Source: Tubulanus polymorphus
Taxonomy: Eukaryota > Animalia > Nemertea
Assembly: GCF_964204645.1 (NCBI RefSeq)
Contig: NC_134025.1
Span: 11,532,001-11,596,000, forward strand
DNA: 64,000 nt
Direction: 5' to 3'
The notes below the pieces were generated by a model that was not told the origin of the DNA, did not search any database, and worked only from the letters and a program-made list of their open reading frames with translations. Shown piece by piece: positions 51,001-62,942 of this stretch. The position numbers were made by a program, and so were the translations under genes. Position 1 is the first letter of the stretch, and each line of letters opens with the position of its first letter.

Positions 51001-53724
51001 GATAATTGATTAATTATTTCAATGTAATTAAAGCACAGTACATTACATCATCATAAAATTGCGGTTATACGGATATTCATATATATATATATATAAAAAC
51101 ATATCCAGCTATGAGTATAATATATACAAATTAATTAATAATAAGTCTATTTATAATACATTTTCTTATTTATATATAATACAAAATCGATTTCACGCAG
51201 AAAACGCATAGTCTTCCATCAAATCCAAAATAAATACTATCATAATATAAGTCACTGTCCTTCAACCATTTGTGGGTAAATGTCCTTTTAAAAAAGAAAC
51301 CTCACTATAACACATTGATGCGATGTAAATCAAATTACTGGTAGACGTTTTCTTCGGGCTTCGGTACTGTCGACTTATATCATAAGTACACACAACATAA
51401 TAACGATAATAATGAAAATGATATCGGTAATACATAGCGTTTGTTAAGTTCTACACCTCATTGAATAAAATATCATCATAATGTTCACTTGTCAGTTTAC
51501 GAGTACTTCCCGATGTATATTCATATGTACAAAATATAGCTGAAATACCTTAGATGTAACAAGTATCTGATGAAAAAATTCATTGCTATGGCATATTTTC
51601 AGAAGCCTAAGTATTTCAGTCCGTTATGCAACCAAAACCGAGATTTTCCTTTCAATTCACTTAGGTGCATTTGCATTGTTTAAACTTCACTAGTAGAGAC
51701 AGACTACTGAGGATAATAAAAGCTTAATTTGTGACCGCAATAATCTCTTACAACATAGATATATAGGTTCACTTAAGACGCCATACTCTCTACAAATAAG
51801 TAAACCCAAACGGGTTTCATTATTTTATAGTTCCAGCACTTGTACTTCGTAGAAAAATAGTACATTTATTTCAAATGCAGTTTTTTTTTTTATTTCCGAC
51901 TTTACAACACTGACAATCGCATACTTTTCCGTATATCATAATACCTAAAATATAGCGCCTCCAGTACACGGAGGAGAAACATATCTCGTTTATATTGTTT
52001 ATCATTAGCATGGTCATCAGTCTATGTTGCATAGTTAAATTTCATGTCGACTCCGACGAATACAAACTAGATAATCAGCGAAAACTGGGTCTTTTCATAA
52101 ATAGTGCATCTACTGTCGATAAACAAAAAAATATTTATCTTATATCATTATTGCACGATGACTGATGGCGAGGTAATACGATGATAAGTTTTAAGGAAGT
52201 TGAGAATCACTTATTCCCCTATGTTTAAACTGAAGCTAACAGAATTGGCACTCACGTCTCGAGCAAACGCACCAGACCACCCGATCTTCCACATTACAAA
52301 CATCATTTTAGCCCATTCTCGTCAATTTAACTTCCCAAACTAACACAAAAATGTGTAGGACAAACTTTTTAAAAAATTCTCAATGATATTACTGCCGAAA
52401 TTGTTATATGATTGAAGATACCCTATCATGTCAGGTTTGCCAGTGTCCATCTCGCCGATGGCAAACTGATCAAATCTGTTAGCCAAGAAACTTTGTATGT
52501 AGCAAAGATATACCGGTATATGAGTCTTTCAAATATACATCTATCCCATAGTCTACCCTGTATCCCATTTACGCATTTATACAAGAAAGAGCTATCCTGT
52601 TTTACCTAAACTCATTATCCCCTATTTATACAGTGAACAACAAGCAACTGCACATCTACCATTTATTTCCAAGCCACTGCATTGCAATTTTCTTCCAAAT
52701 ATTCTTTCCAAATCCTCAAAAAACCATAGTTAACAACATCTGCGTTTAAGCCATGTTTTCATAATACTATCTGTTGTAAACGTCACAAAATCATCAACCT
52801 TATTGCATTTCATCGTTAAATTTCAGAACAGTGTCATTTGAGCAATGTCTATTAACACCATTTAAAACAGCTATCAACTTTTTAGTGTACACGGATGTTG
52901 TTATCAGCTTGATACATTCTATGGAATTGCACAGACGAACTTGAAATAAATTTCTTTAAAATGAAACTATGTACAAACGTGTCAAGAACGAAGTTCATTT
53001 CTTTTTAGAAAAAACAACTGTATTGTATACGTACGTATATATAATGTATATTGGTAAACTCATGTTATGAAGGAAACCTTTCATTCCTCCTGCATTCTAG
53101 TATGTGAAAAACATGACTGATTTCAAGTCACATCATTCCCACCCCAAGTATTCAAAAAATTGGCAACCTGAACACCAATACTTTTTGTATTATAACTGCG
53201 TTAAATGACTGAGCAATGTTTAATACCTGCTCCTCTACACAGACGAACAGGTCACAGCAGATCGAAGAAAACTGCTAAATAACATACAGCAGAACTATCG
53301 ATTGATTTCAATACAGTTATTCCAACAAGTTCATTAAAAATGCTCTGAATGTCGACTTGTATTACGAAGGGAGACCAATGAATAAACTCATTGTGGTAGG
53401 ATAACTAATAACTGTGCAGTTTTAAGCCATATAGTTGATTTTCTCGTTTTCTCTTTAGCTCTATGATATTTGAACGGGATCATTTACGTACACAACGCCA
53501 GCTTCAGAAAGTTTGACAATTGATACACCCACAAGTCACATTCGATATCGTATAGCAGTATCTTCGTCAGGTTATTTGCATTTGTAGATTTTTGAACGCA
53601 TCATGACTGACGCCTACGCATTAATTATACTACACACACACATACGCGCACGCTCACAATATCGTAATTCGTATAATCGTTAATATAATCGTAAGAAGTA
53701 TGGACAGAGCTCGTAGATGCGCGA

Positions 53725-54300
53725 CTATACATCGCTGTCGACCATCAGCTCGCCGATCAAAATCGACAGTTCGCTGAACGACTGGCGCTGCTTCGGCGAC
53801 TGCGCCCAACACCGCAGCATGATCGCCGACACCTCTTCCGGACAGTTAGGAGGCAATTCCGACATCAGCTCACCCTGCTTGGCCAGTTTAACGATCTCAT
53901 CGTCCGTTTTACGGCGATAAGGAGTGTCGCCCAACGTGAACACTTCCCACATGAAAATACCGAATGTCCAAACGTCGGATTTCGTCGTGTATTCGTCGTC
54001 GTTGATCGACTCCGGCGCCAGCCAACGAAGTGGAACCAGGTTATTGTGTAATGTGTAATACTCTCCGGCGTAGACGTCGCGGCATAAGCCAAGATTGCTG
54101 ATCTTCAGATCGAGATTCGGCGAAAGCAAGACATTGCGCGCCGCCAAATCTTTGTGAATGAACCGATGACTGGCGAGGTTCTCCATGCCCATCGCGATCT
54201 GGCTGCACATCGATATTTTCTGGCCCAAGGTCAGCGGCGGGACCTTAACGTTGCGGCCATTGTCTTTTCTCATTGCACGTAGAAACTGTTTCAGATCTCC
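53725..54300 (-). CDS. PTK7: PTK7 last exon (kinase C-lobe)
   Basis: GDLKQFLRAMRK..HKDLAARN..KISNLGLCRD..VDSDV*. Confidence 0.96.
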   Translation of the reverse strand, partial: GDLKQFLRAMRKDNGRNVKVPPLTLGQKISMCSQIAMGMENLASHRFIHKDLAARNVLLSPNLDLKISNLGLCRDVYAGEYYTLHNNLVPLRWLAPESINDDEYTTKSDVWTFGIFMWEVFTLGDTPYRRKTDDEIVKLAKQGELMSELPPNCPEEVSAIMLRCWAQSPKQRQSFSELSILIGELMVDSDV

Positions 54301-57300
54301 CTGTATAAGGATGAAAAATTAAAAAATAAGGTGAAAATAACGTTAATTTTCAAGTTACATCTTATGGAAAATGACAAAGTTAATTAACACTTTAATATTT
54401 TTGTCTCACAAAATGATGTATCGATGATGTAATTGAAATCAAGATGATTAAACAAGGAGTTAACATCACCTCTCCGCTACACGGCGCTAGTGTTACTAAG
54501 GATTGGGGTGGCCGGGGTTATACATTGTAGTTAGGTTAGGGAAAATCCCATCAGGGATATCAAAACAGCAGTCATCTGTATGCCAATGCTAATTTGAGTA
54601 GTTTATGGTAAAAGTAGACCTCATTACCCCTGCAAACAGGCCTAAAAAACTCAACACTTGAATCAACTGGATTACTGCTAACAAGATAGTTTGATTATTC
54701 ATAACTCACCCATTCGCAATATTCAAGTATCATAAACTGGGGTTCGGTTTCGCGACACGTGCCCAACAGTTTCACGACGAAGTCACTGTCTATTTTGTTG
54801 AACATGTCGATCTGTTTACGGAAGTCGAACTGATGCATTTCATCTTTACTAAGCAACGATTTCACGACAACTAGAGTATCGCTTTCAGCTTCGCAGATGC
54901 CGTGAGCTCTCGCGAGGAATACGTCACCAAATTCACCTTTCCCTGATGTAAAAGAACGAAATTAAAAATTATCAATCAGGTACGCACTATACTCAACGAG
55001 ACAATGAGAGCAACGAGTCTGTTCCCAATATTTTTGCAAATCTAACAAATAGTAAAACCAGTCTTACAGTCCAATATTTTTGGACTTATCTCAATACACT
55101 TTGGAACTGAGTTTGGAGGTCTTAATCGCCTGCATGTAACATTTGATTTCTCATTCACGTTTTTAAACTTTTCCTTCTAATAATTTCAATATCAGATGCA
55201 GCAGATCCCCTAATCCGTATCATTTTGACATGGCGAATGCTACCAATCCAGGAATTGACTGAATATTAGACCTACTGATTCAGTTCAGATGCAGCAATTA
55301 TCAATATCTCAGACGCTTTTACAAAATAAAAGCAATAATGGCTGGACCTCCCAACTATTGACCATCTATGTGCCATAGGTACAAATGCATATAAATTCTA
55401 AACCTACAGAATTTGAGAACTCTTACCTAACATTCCTAGTGTTTGAAGATTATGCCTGGGGAATTGCATATCATCGACGCCATGTCCGCCATTTCGGTTC
55501 GGATACGAGAAATTCGAACTGAGCATCGACCGAGCGTCACTATCAGTTTTTATTCCTTCTTTGTCTTTATCGACTAACTCCTGTTGTTCCCTAGTAGCTG
55601 TGCCATTCTCTACCATTTCTATGAAGAGATATGAAAATCATTCTTTTACTGTATTCCAATTCTACTTATGGCTCATCGAAATTGTACATTTCTTGATTTC
55701 TTCAGCAAATTATAAATGAGAATTTATTCATCTTGTTCAACGATACGAAAATTCACACATTCATTGACAAATACAAGGTATCTCATACTTCCAGTTCTGC
55801 CAACATTGCCACTACAAGTTACCCTGTAGCCTTGTTCAATCTAAAAAAGCAATCTACCAGGTGGTACCGGTAAGTAGATATTATGAATTTACCATTAGTG
55901 TAACGACTTTTTCTTTTGTTCCGCGAACGCAAGACACGTAGACTACAGTACACTGTTAAACCGATCACCAAACCCAGGTAGGCCACGGCACTACAAACAG
56001 CGATGACGACCGTTTTCATCATGCTGAATCCTTCCTCATTGCGTTTCTGGCTGTCTCTGATGTACTGGTCAGAACCTGAAAAACAATCCACAACCGATGC
56101 AGACCAAAAATATATGTATACAGAGTTGTAAATTTAAGTGAACAGTTCACTTTACTGTAGAATGATGTCCGAAATCAGATAAGTTCCAACACACATGAAC
56201 TTAAGATATGCAACTTGAACCACTGGTTAGAATCTGCTAAGAATGTTCAAAATGAAAGATTGAACCTACCAGCGACTTCAAGGAAGATCTCTTCACGTTC
56301 AAAGCCACCACTGTTTCCCGCTGTACAGCCATAGCGCCCTCTATCTTCTCGAAAGATCTGTTTGACATACAACGATCCATTGTTGAGAACCTACAGCAGA
56401 AAAATACTGCATAAAGAATAGTAGGTCTTCATAGAATACTAATAAGAAACTACTTTCAAAAGTAGTTTTCATCAAGTATTAGTACCGAAGTAAGCCAAGG
56501 TGGCTGCCTACATACAAATTTACTTATGAAATCAATGTATCGACCATATCTTTACAGAAAGGTCTAAAAATGAAGCGTGGTTTGTGGCAAAGACCAACCT
56601 TAAATCTTTCACGATCAAATGCATTGACTTGGCTGTTTTTATCCCATTGAATAGTGGGTGTCGGGTCTCCGATAGCCACGCAGTCTAACAGTACTTCGTA
56701 ACCTTCATAGGCAGTAGTGTTGTGTGGCTTGATCTTAAACTTCGGTTTCACTGAAAAAAGACCAGATACCGTACATGCAAACTATTTAGATTTTATATCG
56801 ATAATCCCATCACCAATTTGCCTTCTTTCGAAGATGAGCAACTATAAAGGAAGACTACTTATGTTATTTCTTCGGTCGTACTAACAATGGAATATCTATA
56901 ACGAGCGATACGAAACTTAATCAACTTACCAACAACAGCCACCTCAATCGTAACATTAATCATTCCTTGAGTTGGATTTTTTGCAGTACACGTGTAGAAC
57001 CCGGCATCGCTCGACATGACCTCTTTGAAGTTCAGTATGCCTTTTTTGTCGGTAACATGCGGTGGAAAATCCACGTAACCAATACGCATCCATTTGACGG
57101 TCGGTTTGATTTCGCCCTCAGCCATACAATGTATCTTCGAATGCGAGCCTAGTTCGAGTTTCGTATTGACCGGCGATGGCTTGAATTTCAGTTTCGCTGA
57201 AACAAAATAGCAATAATCATAATGATAATAATCGTGTTTACTTCTATATAGTGCCGATCTCTTTACAGACTTGTAACACTTTACAAAAAACATACAAAAC

Positions 57301-59369
57301 TTGATGAAATAATTTGAAAAAGCTACATAAAATTTAGATTCTATTGTAAAGTTAGGCGGAGAAAGTGGTGCCCATATGAGAGAAGTTATAATGAATGATT
57401 TATTTACTTATAATATGTACATCATAAACATTATTTCTTTAGATATAATTTCATAGATAGATAGGTACATGAATAGGAAGGACAACCCCAAGATAACCCC
57501 AAGCCCTAGGGGCTGTGCCCTGTATAGAAGCCTTTTTAAAAGAATTCTCAGGGACAGTAGAAGAGAGGTGATAACAACATACTTGTGACACTAAGCTTAG
57601 CATTGCTGGATGTAACAGGTGTATGTCCACTAGTGTTCACGAAACAGGCATAATTTCCTTCATCCGACAAGTAGACATTGTTGATTTTCAAAGTTCCCAA
57701 CGCTTCATTGACGATGAATCTTGGATGTGGCTGCAAAAAAGTATTCGATATGAACAAATATGAAATCTTTGGTGTTTAACGATTAGCTTTCTTGAGCAGA
57801 GTCAGGCCAGCAATCAATTATCAGCAAAGAAACTATCAATCGTTTGATCGTTTGTTAACTATCATGAAAATAATACTTTAATATGGATATGGGAAAGATT
57901 CCATAATGATCCTACATTTTGTTATTCAGCATCCATTTCAGAATTCAGAATTCATTTTTCTGAGGTTAAGTGAAATTGGAAAGTGAAAGGAAGGAAACAG
58001 AGGTGGTTCGAGCATGTGGTCTGCTCCAAGGGAACACCGGCAAATACCGTCCTACAAGGAATGGCCGAAGGGAACCGCAAGAGAGGGCACCCACCCTATC
58101 TGCTCCTGAACAGGCCTGCAAACTGGCACACTAACACACTTGGCGGAATAGCGACTTCAGTGGAGGCTGCTTGCGAAATATATTTGTGCTGCCCATGGCA
58201 GTTGGAAGTGAGAGGATGATGATGATGATGAAAGTGAAATGCATTCATATATTAAACTACCTGGTATTTCCATTCAGAGTAATTTGCCATGAGGAATAAG
58301 TTTGTTTGAAACGGGACCAAAAATTAGTAGGTCCGATTTTGAGATATTCAAGCGACTCACGCGTATAATTCTGTAACATTTACCTCTAAATGAATTCCGT
58401 TCTTGATCCAAGTGATCCGAGTCACCGGATACCTCGAACCTTGTATCTTACAACTCATGCTCGCCGACTGACCCTCCAGCACGAAGCTGGGCTTCGGTCC
58501 AATGACGATAACTGGTGCCACTGTAAAATGTAAAAAATGCTTTAACATTATATATACGTACATTTGTAATACATCAGCTTGAAAAAAAATCATTCATTCC
58601 AAGGGCAGATCCAGGGGGGTAATAGGGGATTAGTCCCCACCTAAATTGTTTGAGGTGCCCTGAAACCCTAAATTTTTTTAGGTGCCCTCAAAATCTATAA
58701 GAAATAAGTGATTTTTTTAGGTACCCTGAAAAATTTTGGGAAAAATTTTTCATAATAAGTGGAAACTCCAGTCATTCAAATAGCTTTGGTATTGATTATA
58801 CCGTAATGGGTCATTCTACAAATTCCTTCAAAATTGTTTATCTCAAGTGGATTAGCATTGCACTGATAATAGGTTGCAAAATGAGTCGAGAGTCGCTTAA
58901 ATCTTTTTCAGAGAACCCAAATGGCCCTCAAGAACTCTACTGATCTGTGTATCGGGCGTAAATTGTTTTGGCAAGGACGATTCGAAGAAAATCACCGAGT
59001 CTCCTATGATCGATGACTTTATTTATATCAAACTCTAATCTGCATACACGTACTTTCTTCCGGAGTTGCAGCGACTGTGGAAGTGGCAACCGTATACGAG
59101 AAACCATCATTCCATCGATAATACGACGCATTACGCCGACACAATGACACGATAGACGTCGCGTTTTCGAGGCTACATCGATTTACATACGTCAAATATT
59201 ACCTGAAACTTCGATCCAGACGGCCGTGCTCATTTCGCCGGCCAGATTCGTAGCGACGCAGCTGTAATTTCCGGAGTCGTTCGGCTGAGCGTTCACGATA
59301 CGCAGTTTCGTGCCTTCGACGCGAATCCGTCCCGTTGTCTGGACGATGTTACCTTTCGGATCTTTCCAG
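53725..59369 (-). CDS. PTK7: Inactive tyrosine-protein kinase 7 / off-track-like receptor pseudokinase (5'-partial)
   Basis: 10 phase-compatible exons encode about 3.5 Ig domains, the TM segment MMKTVVIAVCSAVAYLGLVIGLTVYC and a kinase domain with HKDLAARN, NLG replacing DFG, and PLRWLAPE. Upstream exons were not found in the window. Confidence 0.95.
54710..54942 (-). CDS. PTK7: PTK7 kinase N-lobe exon
   Basis: GKGEFGDVFLARAHG..LVVVKSL..FRKQIDMF..VVKLLGTCRETEPQFMILEYCEW|gtgagt. Confidence 0.95.
55427..55618 (-). CDS. PTK7: PTK7 juxtamembrane exon
   Basis: EMVENG..DDMQFPRHNLQTLGML; phase 1/1. Confidence 0.9.
55893..56075 (-). CDS. PTK7: PTK7 transmembrane exon
   Basis: FSMMKTVVIAVCSAVAYLGLVIGLTVYCSLRVLRSRNKRK. 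Confidence 0.93.
56270..56390 (-). CDS. PTK7: PTK7 last Ig domain, C-half
   Basis: VLNNGSLYVKQIFREDRGRYGCTAGNSGGFEREEIFLEVA. Confidence 0.95.
56599..56750 (-). CDS. PTK7: PTK7 last Ig domain, N-half
   Basis: VKPKFKIKPHNTTAYEGYEVLLDCVAIGDPTPTIQWDKN. Confidence 0.95.
56930..57196 (-). CDS. PTK7: PTK7 Ig domain exon
   Basis: KLKFKPSPVNTKLELG..HCMAEG..PTVKW..DAGFYTCTAKN..INVTIEVAV. Confidence 0.95.
57583..57730 (-). CDS. PTK7: PTK7 Ig domain C-half
   Basis: PHPRFIVNEALGTLKINNVYLSDEGNYACFVNT. Confidence 0.93.
57977..58231 (+). mobile_element. 5'-truncated RTE-clade LINE
   Basis: VKGRKQRWFEHV..ANTVLQGMAEGNRKRGHP resembles the RTE ORF C-terminus; (GAT)n tail; TSD aagtgaaat at 57968-57976 and 58232-58240. 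Confidence 0.75.
58384..58520 (-). CDS. PTK7: PTK7 Ig domain N-half
   Basis: VAPVIVIGPKPSFVLEGQSASMSCKIQGSRYPVTRITWIKNGIHLE|gtaaat. Confidence 0.9.
59203..59369 (-). CDS. PTK7: PTK7 Ig domain C-half (most 5' exon found)
   Basis: WKDPKGNIVQTTGRIRVEGTKLRIVNAQPNDSGNYSCVATNLAGE; not in the ORF track. Confidence 0.92.
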
Positions 59370-59863
59370 CTGAAAACAACAAGAAAAACGGTCAGATTAG
59401 AATAAGTACGGCTTCGTTGGCCCTTAGCATCTCATATTTGAGAATCGACGTTCAATTTCACGACAGACGTTGAATTCAGAATAAAGAAACATGTCACATT
59501 AATAAAGAATCTATCCATCTTAAGGTAAGGGCACATGAGCGTATTTGTTTCGCCTGATCGCTGCGAATTTGTAAATCGCCCGAAAAATTCAGCTGTGTGG
59601 CCGTCCACGGCGATGGCAATTTCGTCAGCCGACTCAATCACCCGGCAATTAAAACATGTTTGATATTTTCGCCAGATTATTGACGCCGGTGATCCATTTT
59701 TATCAACCTATAGGATGCTTTGTTGATATCACATCATTTATTAACCGTCTTCCATTCATTTGCGTACGCTGTCAGAATTTGATCGTTTGAAGGTTTGATC
59801 GCTCGTCTGCTCATGTGCCCCCCTAGCTTTATCGGTATATATCGATTTCAACTTTTTATAGAA

Positions 59864-60050
59864 ACTGGGCCTTCGAAAAGATTCAGCCGGATACGAAATC
59901 AAATCATAAATATAGCATCGGAAAATATAAAATTGAATCGTATCCAATCATCGACGAGTGATTCGCTGATCAGTATTGGATTCCTGACATATCTGCAGTG
60001 TACACATCTGTAGAGTACTTCAGTACTCTACGGAAATCATGGATTCTCTC
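59864..60050 (+). repeat. ~185-bp direct duplication (second copy ~61557-61740)
   Basis: Shared actgggccttc..aaattgaatcgtatccaatcatcgacgagtgattc..ggattcctgacatatctg..ggattctctc. Confidence 0.85.
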
Positions 60051-60559
60051 AGAATGCCCACAACTCGAACTAAATAAGTCCGGCGCCCGAATTTCGAGAC
60101 AGCTCGATCGTCGCTAGAATATCGCATCGAAAACCTTCCCGGACTTGAAACGATTTCATTGCTTAAGGTTAATTCTGCGGCTAAATTCAATTCATTCTAG
60201 AGACAAAGCAAATTGGAAACCGCTTGAAAGCACTCGCAGATATTGCTTTCATCAAACGCTTCGTCGAAATATAATTAATTCCCGTTCGTTTTGGAACGAA
60301 GAAAAAATGCATACGCAAACGTTAGGAGAATTTCAGATGGTTAAACCCGCATCTGTCTTTGATCAGTTGTTTTTCCTGTGATTCGAGAACTTGTCTTTGT
60401 TTGAATATTATAGACACTAAATTTGATTAACAACAAACAAATGATCTAATAACCAGTGCCAGTTTTATGTGCTTTCCAACAAATATTTCACGTAAGAGGG
60501 GATTGTTTACCTCACAAATCAATTTAATATCAACTGAATTAATGAAAGAATTTACCAAC

Positions 60560-60865
60560 TGTACTCGTTCAGTACAATCCAGTTCGTGCACTAAGATCAT
60601 CATCTCAAAATTCGTCTCCAGCCCATTACAACCTAAGTACTTTTGGTGGACGTTCATTTACTGTAGTTGCTGCGTCCCTTTGGAATAACATTGATAACCA
60701 CCTGCGTAATATTCACGATGTCAACCAGTTTAAACGTTCACTAAAACATCTACTCTTTCAACGTGCCTATACTTAGTGACTATGAACCATTGCAGTGCGC
60801 CGGTGAACTTATCTTTTAAGAAACAGGTGCCTTATAAATGTTTATTATTATTATTATTATTATTA
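60560..60865 (+). mobile_element. 5'-truncated L2/CR1-group LINE
   Basis: Frame from 60573 reads YNPVRALRSS..STFGGRSFTVVAASLWNNI..FKRSLKHLLFQRAYT* (TAG 60774-60776); short UTR, then a (TTA)n tail. Confidence 0.8.
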
Positions 60866-62721
60866 ACTGTAAACTTTTAGGTGACTTATAGGCCCAGCTG
60901 GTTGGGTGAACTTCGGTTATCGGAGTTAGACGACTATAGTCGAACTAAACGAAACCGAATGTCCTATAGTCGGAACTATGGTCCGGAAATGGTCGACCAC
61001 GGGATTGAGCACGCTCGCTGTAGTTCCGACCCATTTCCAAGATGGCCTACACTGTGGAATACGTTACGACCGAACTATAGCGCCTTCGGATATTAGTTCC
61101 GACCACTAGTCGACTAGCTATGAAAACCGAAGTTGGCCCAGGGTGTTGAAATTTTTATATTCAAAATAATGGGATACCCGAGGGAATGTGCCAGTATCGC
61201 TAGTGGCACTGGGTAACCGCGCTTCAATTTCTTCTACATTTCCATCAAATTCTAATGAACTTATTTGATTATGAAATCAATTATCAGCGAAATCTATACC
61301 ATACACTGAGTGAGAAAGGGAATGTTATATCTATCCGATGACTCGTTTGATAATTTTCGGATTTGGAAAACGATCAAGTTGAAATTTCATAAAAAACGAA
61401 CTAATTTTCGCTACAAATGACCCAGTGTTTTGTTGCGCCATCTGGTGTTACCGGTATCCCATCACAAATTGATATCGTATAGAAACATGTCACGTTAATA
61501 AAAAATCTATCTATCTATCTTATCGATCTAAATCTAATTCAACTTTTTGGCCCAACACTGGGCCTTCAAAAATAATCTAGCCGGATGCGAAATCGAATCA
61601 TAAATGTAGCATCGGAAAACATAAAAATTGAATCGTATCCAATCATCGACGAGTGATTCACTGACCAGTATCGGATTCCTGACATATCTGTAGCATGCAC
61701 AAGTACGTCGGTACTACTACAGAAATCGCGGATTCTCTCTCCTCCCGGAAAACCGTAGTTTCAGAAAGCATTGATTCATCGACATTTTTCAGATGAAATC
61801 ATCGCGGTCAGAAAAGACATTCATCATTTTCCGTCTGAAAGCCGTTTGGTGTATTTACCCGACAGTTACACAAACGGATGGCATACGCGCGTAAGAGGCA
61901 ACTTTCCCCACCCCGTTAGTCGGCCAGTGAAAAGAACCTGTCATCCCTGAATCTGGAACTACTTGAGACAGGTGTAATGCAGCAGCATCTCTTCAATAAA
62001 TCCATACTCATAACGCCCCAGCTGCTGTCTGGCTGCTGTAGTTCACCGTATAAAACAGGTAGAATATTATTGCAGAGCGATCCATTATCCGTGCCTCTCG
62101 ATAATCATGTATATACGTCGATGCGATGTCTCAATCTCGGACTGAACTGAGATTTAACCTTTGGCATAGCGGCAACGAAGATACCCTAGTGATCCCGATT
62201 ATTATAGATTTGATATTTCTTTTCTGCGGGTTAAAGGATTGACAAAACATTATTTACAGTCTAACTGTAAATAAAGGATCACCATTGAATGAATGCATTT
62301 TACTGCTCAATAGATATTACGTGATGTACATAGTTACAATATGGAATGCTATTTATCGAGAGGAAAACCTGGTTTATGATTATAACTTCCGTTAGTTATA
62401 ACATGTCTGCTTCACCAGTGATACAATATGACAAATTTTGTCGGTTCTAAATTGTACAATACTCCTGACTTTTTGGTCATTTAATCGAAGGCAGTCGATA
62501 ACATCATTTTAATAGACTTTGAACAAAATTTACTGACATCGGGAACTCAAAATTTCGACCCAAGACTGCGGGCGGCAGATGATCGAGGGTTGTACACAAT
62601 ATGTAGGTCTGCGTCATATAACCAACTACATCCCTATCTCTTTATCCATCATAATTCTACTAACAACAAAACAATGATCTCAAAATCTACCAATACCCGT
62701 ACCGAATCTTTCCCATTAGCT

Positions 62722-62942
62722 CAGGGCTACCAACCCCTGAAAAGTGCTATCAGTAACAAATTGAATTTTTTTCCGGTAACATTTCATTTGAAACATGAAA
62801 GAAAACGTTCAAATTAATCAGTAATCAACAGTAAGACCCTAAGTAACATCTTTCATATTTCTGTATACATCCAACAAAAAATCAGTATTTCTTTTTATAA
62901 AATAGTTACAAATATTAAAATCAGGAATAGTTGGCAGCTCTG
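62722..62942 (-). mobile_element. MITE family A copy 4 (inverted)
   Basis: cagggctaccaac...gttggcagctctg; TSD ttagct/ttagct. Confidence 0.88.

Noticed and set aside
55789-55840. Possible PTK7 micro-exon
   Set aside because: Would introduce TGA in the required phase; 55893 joins 55618 in frame without it.
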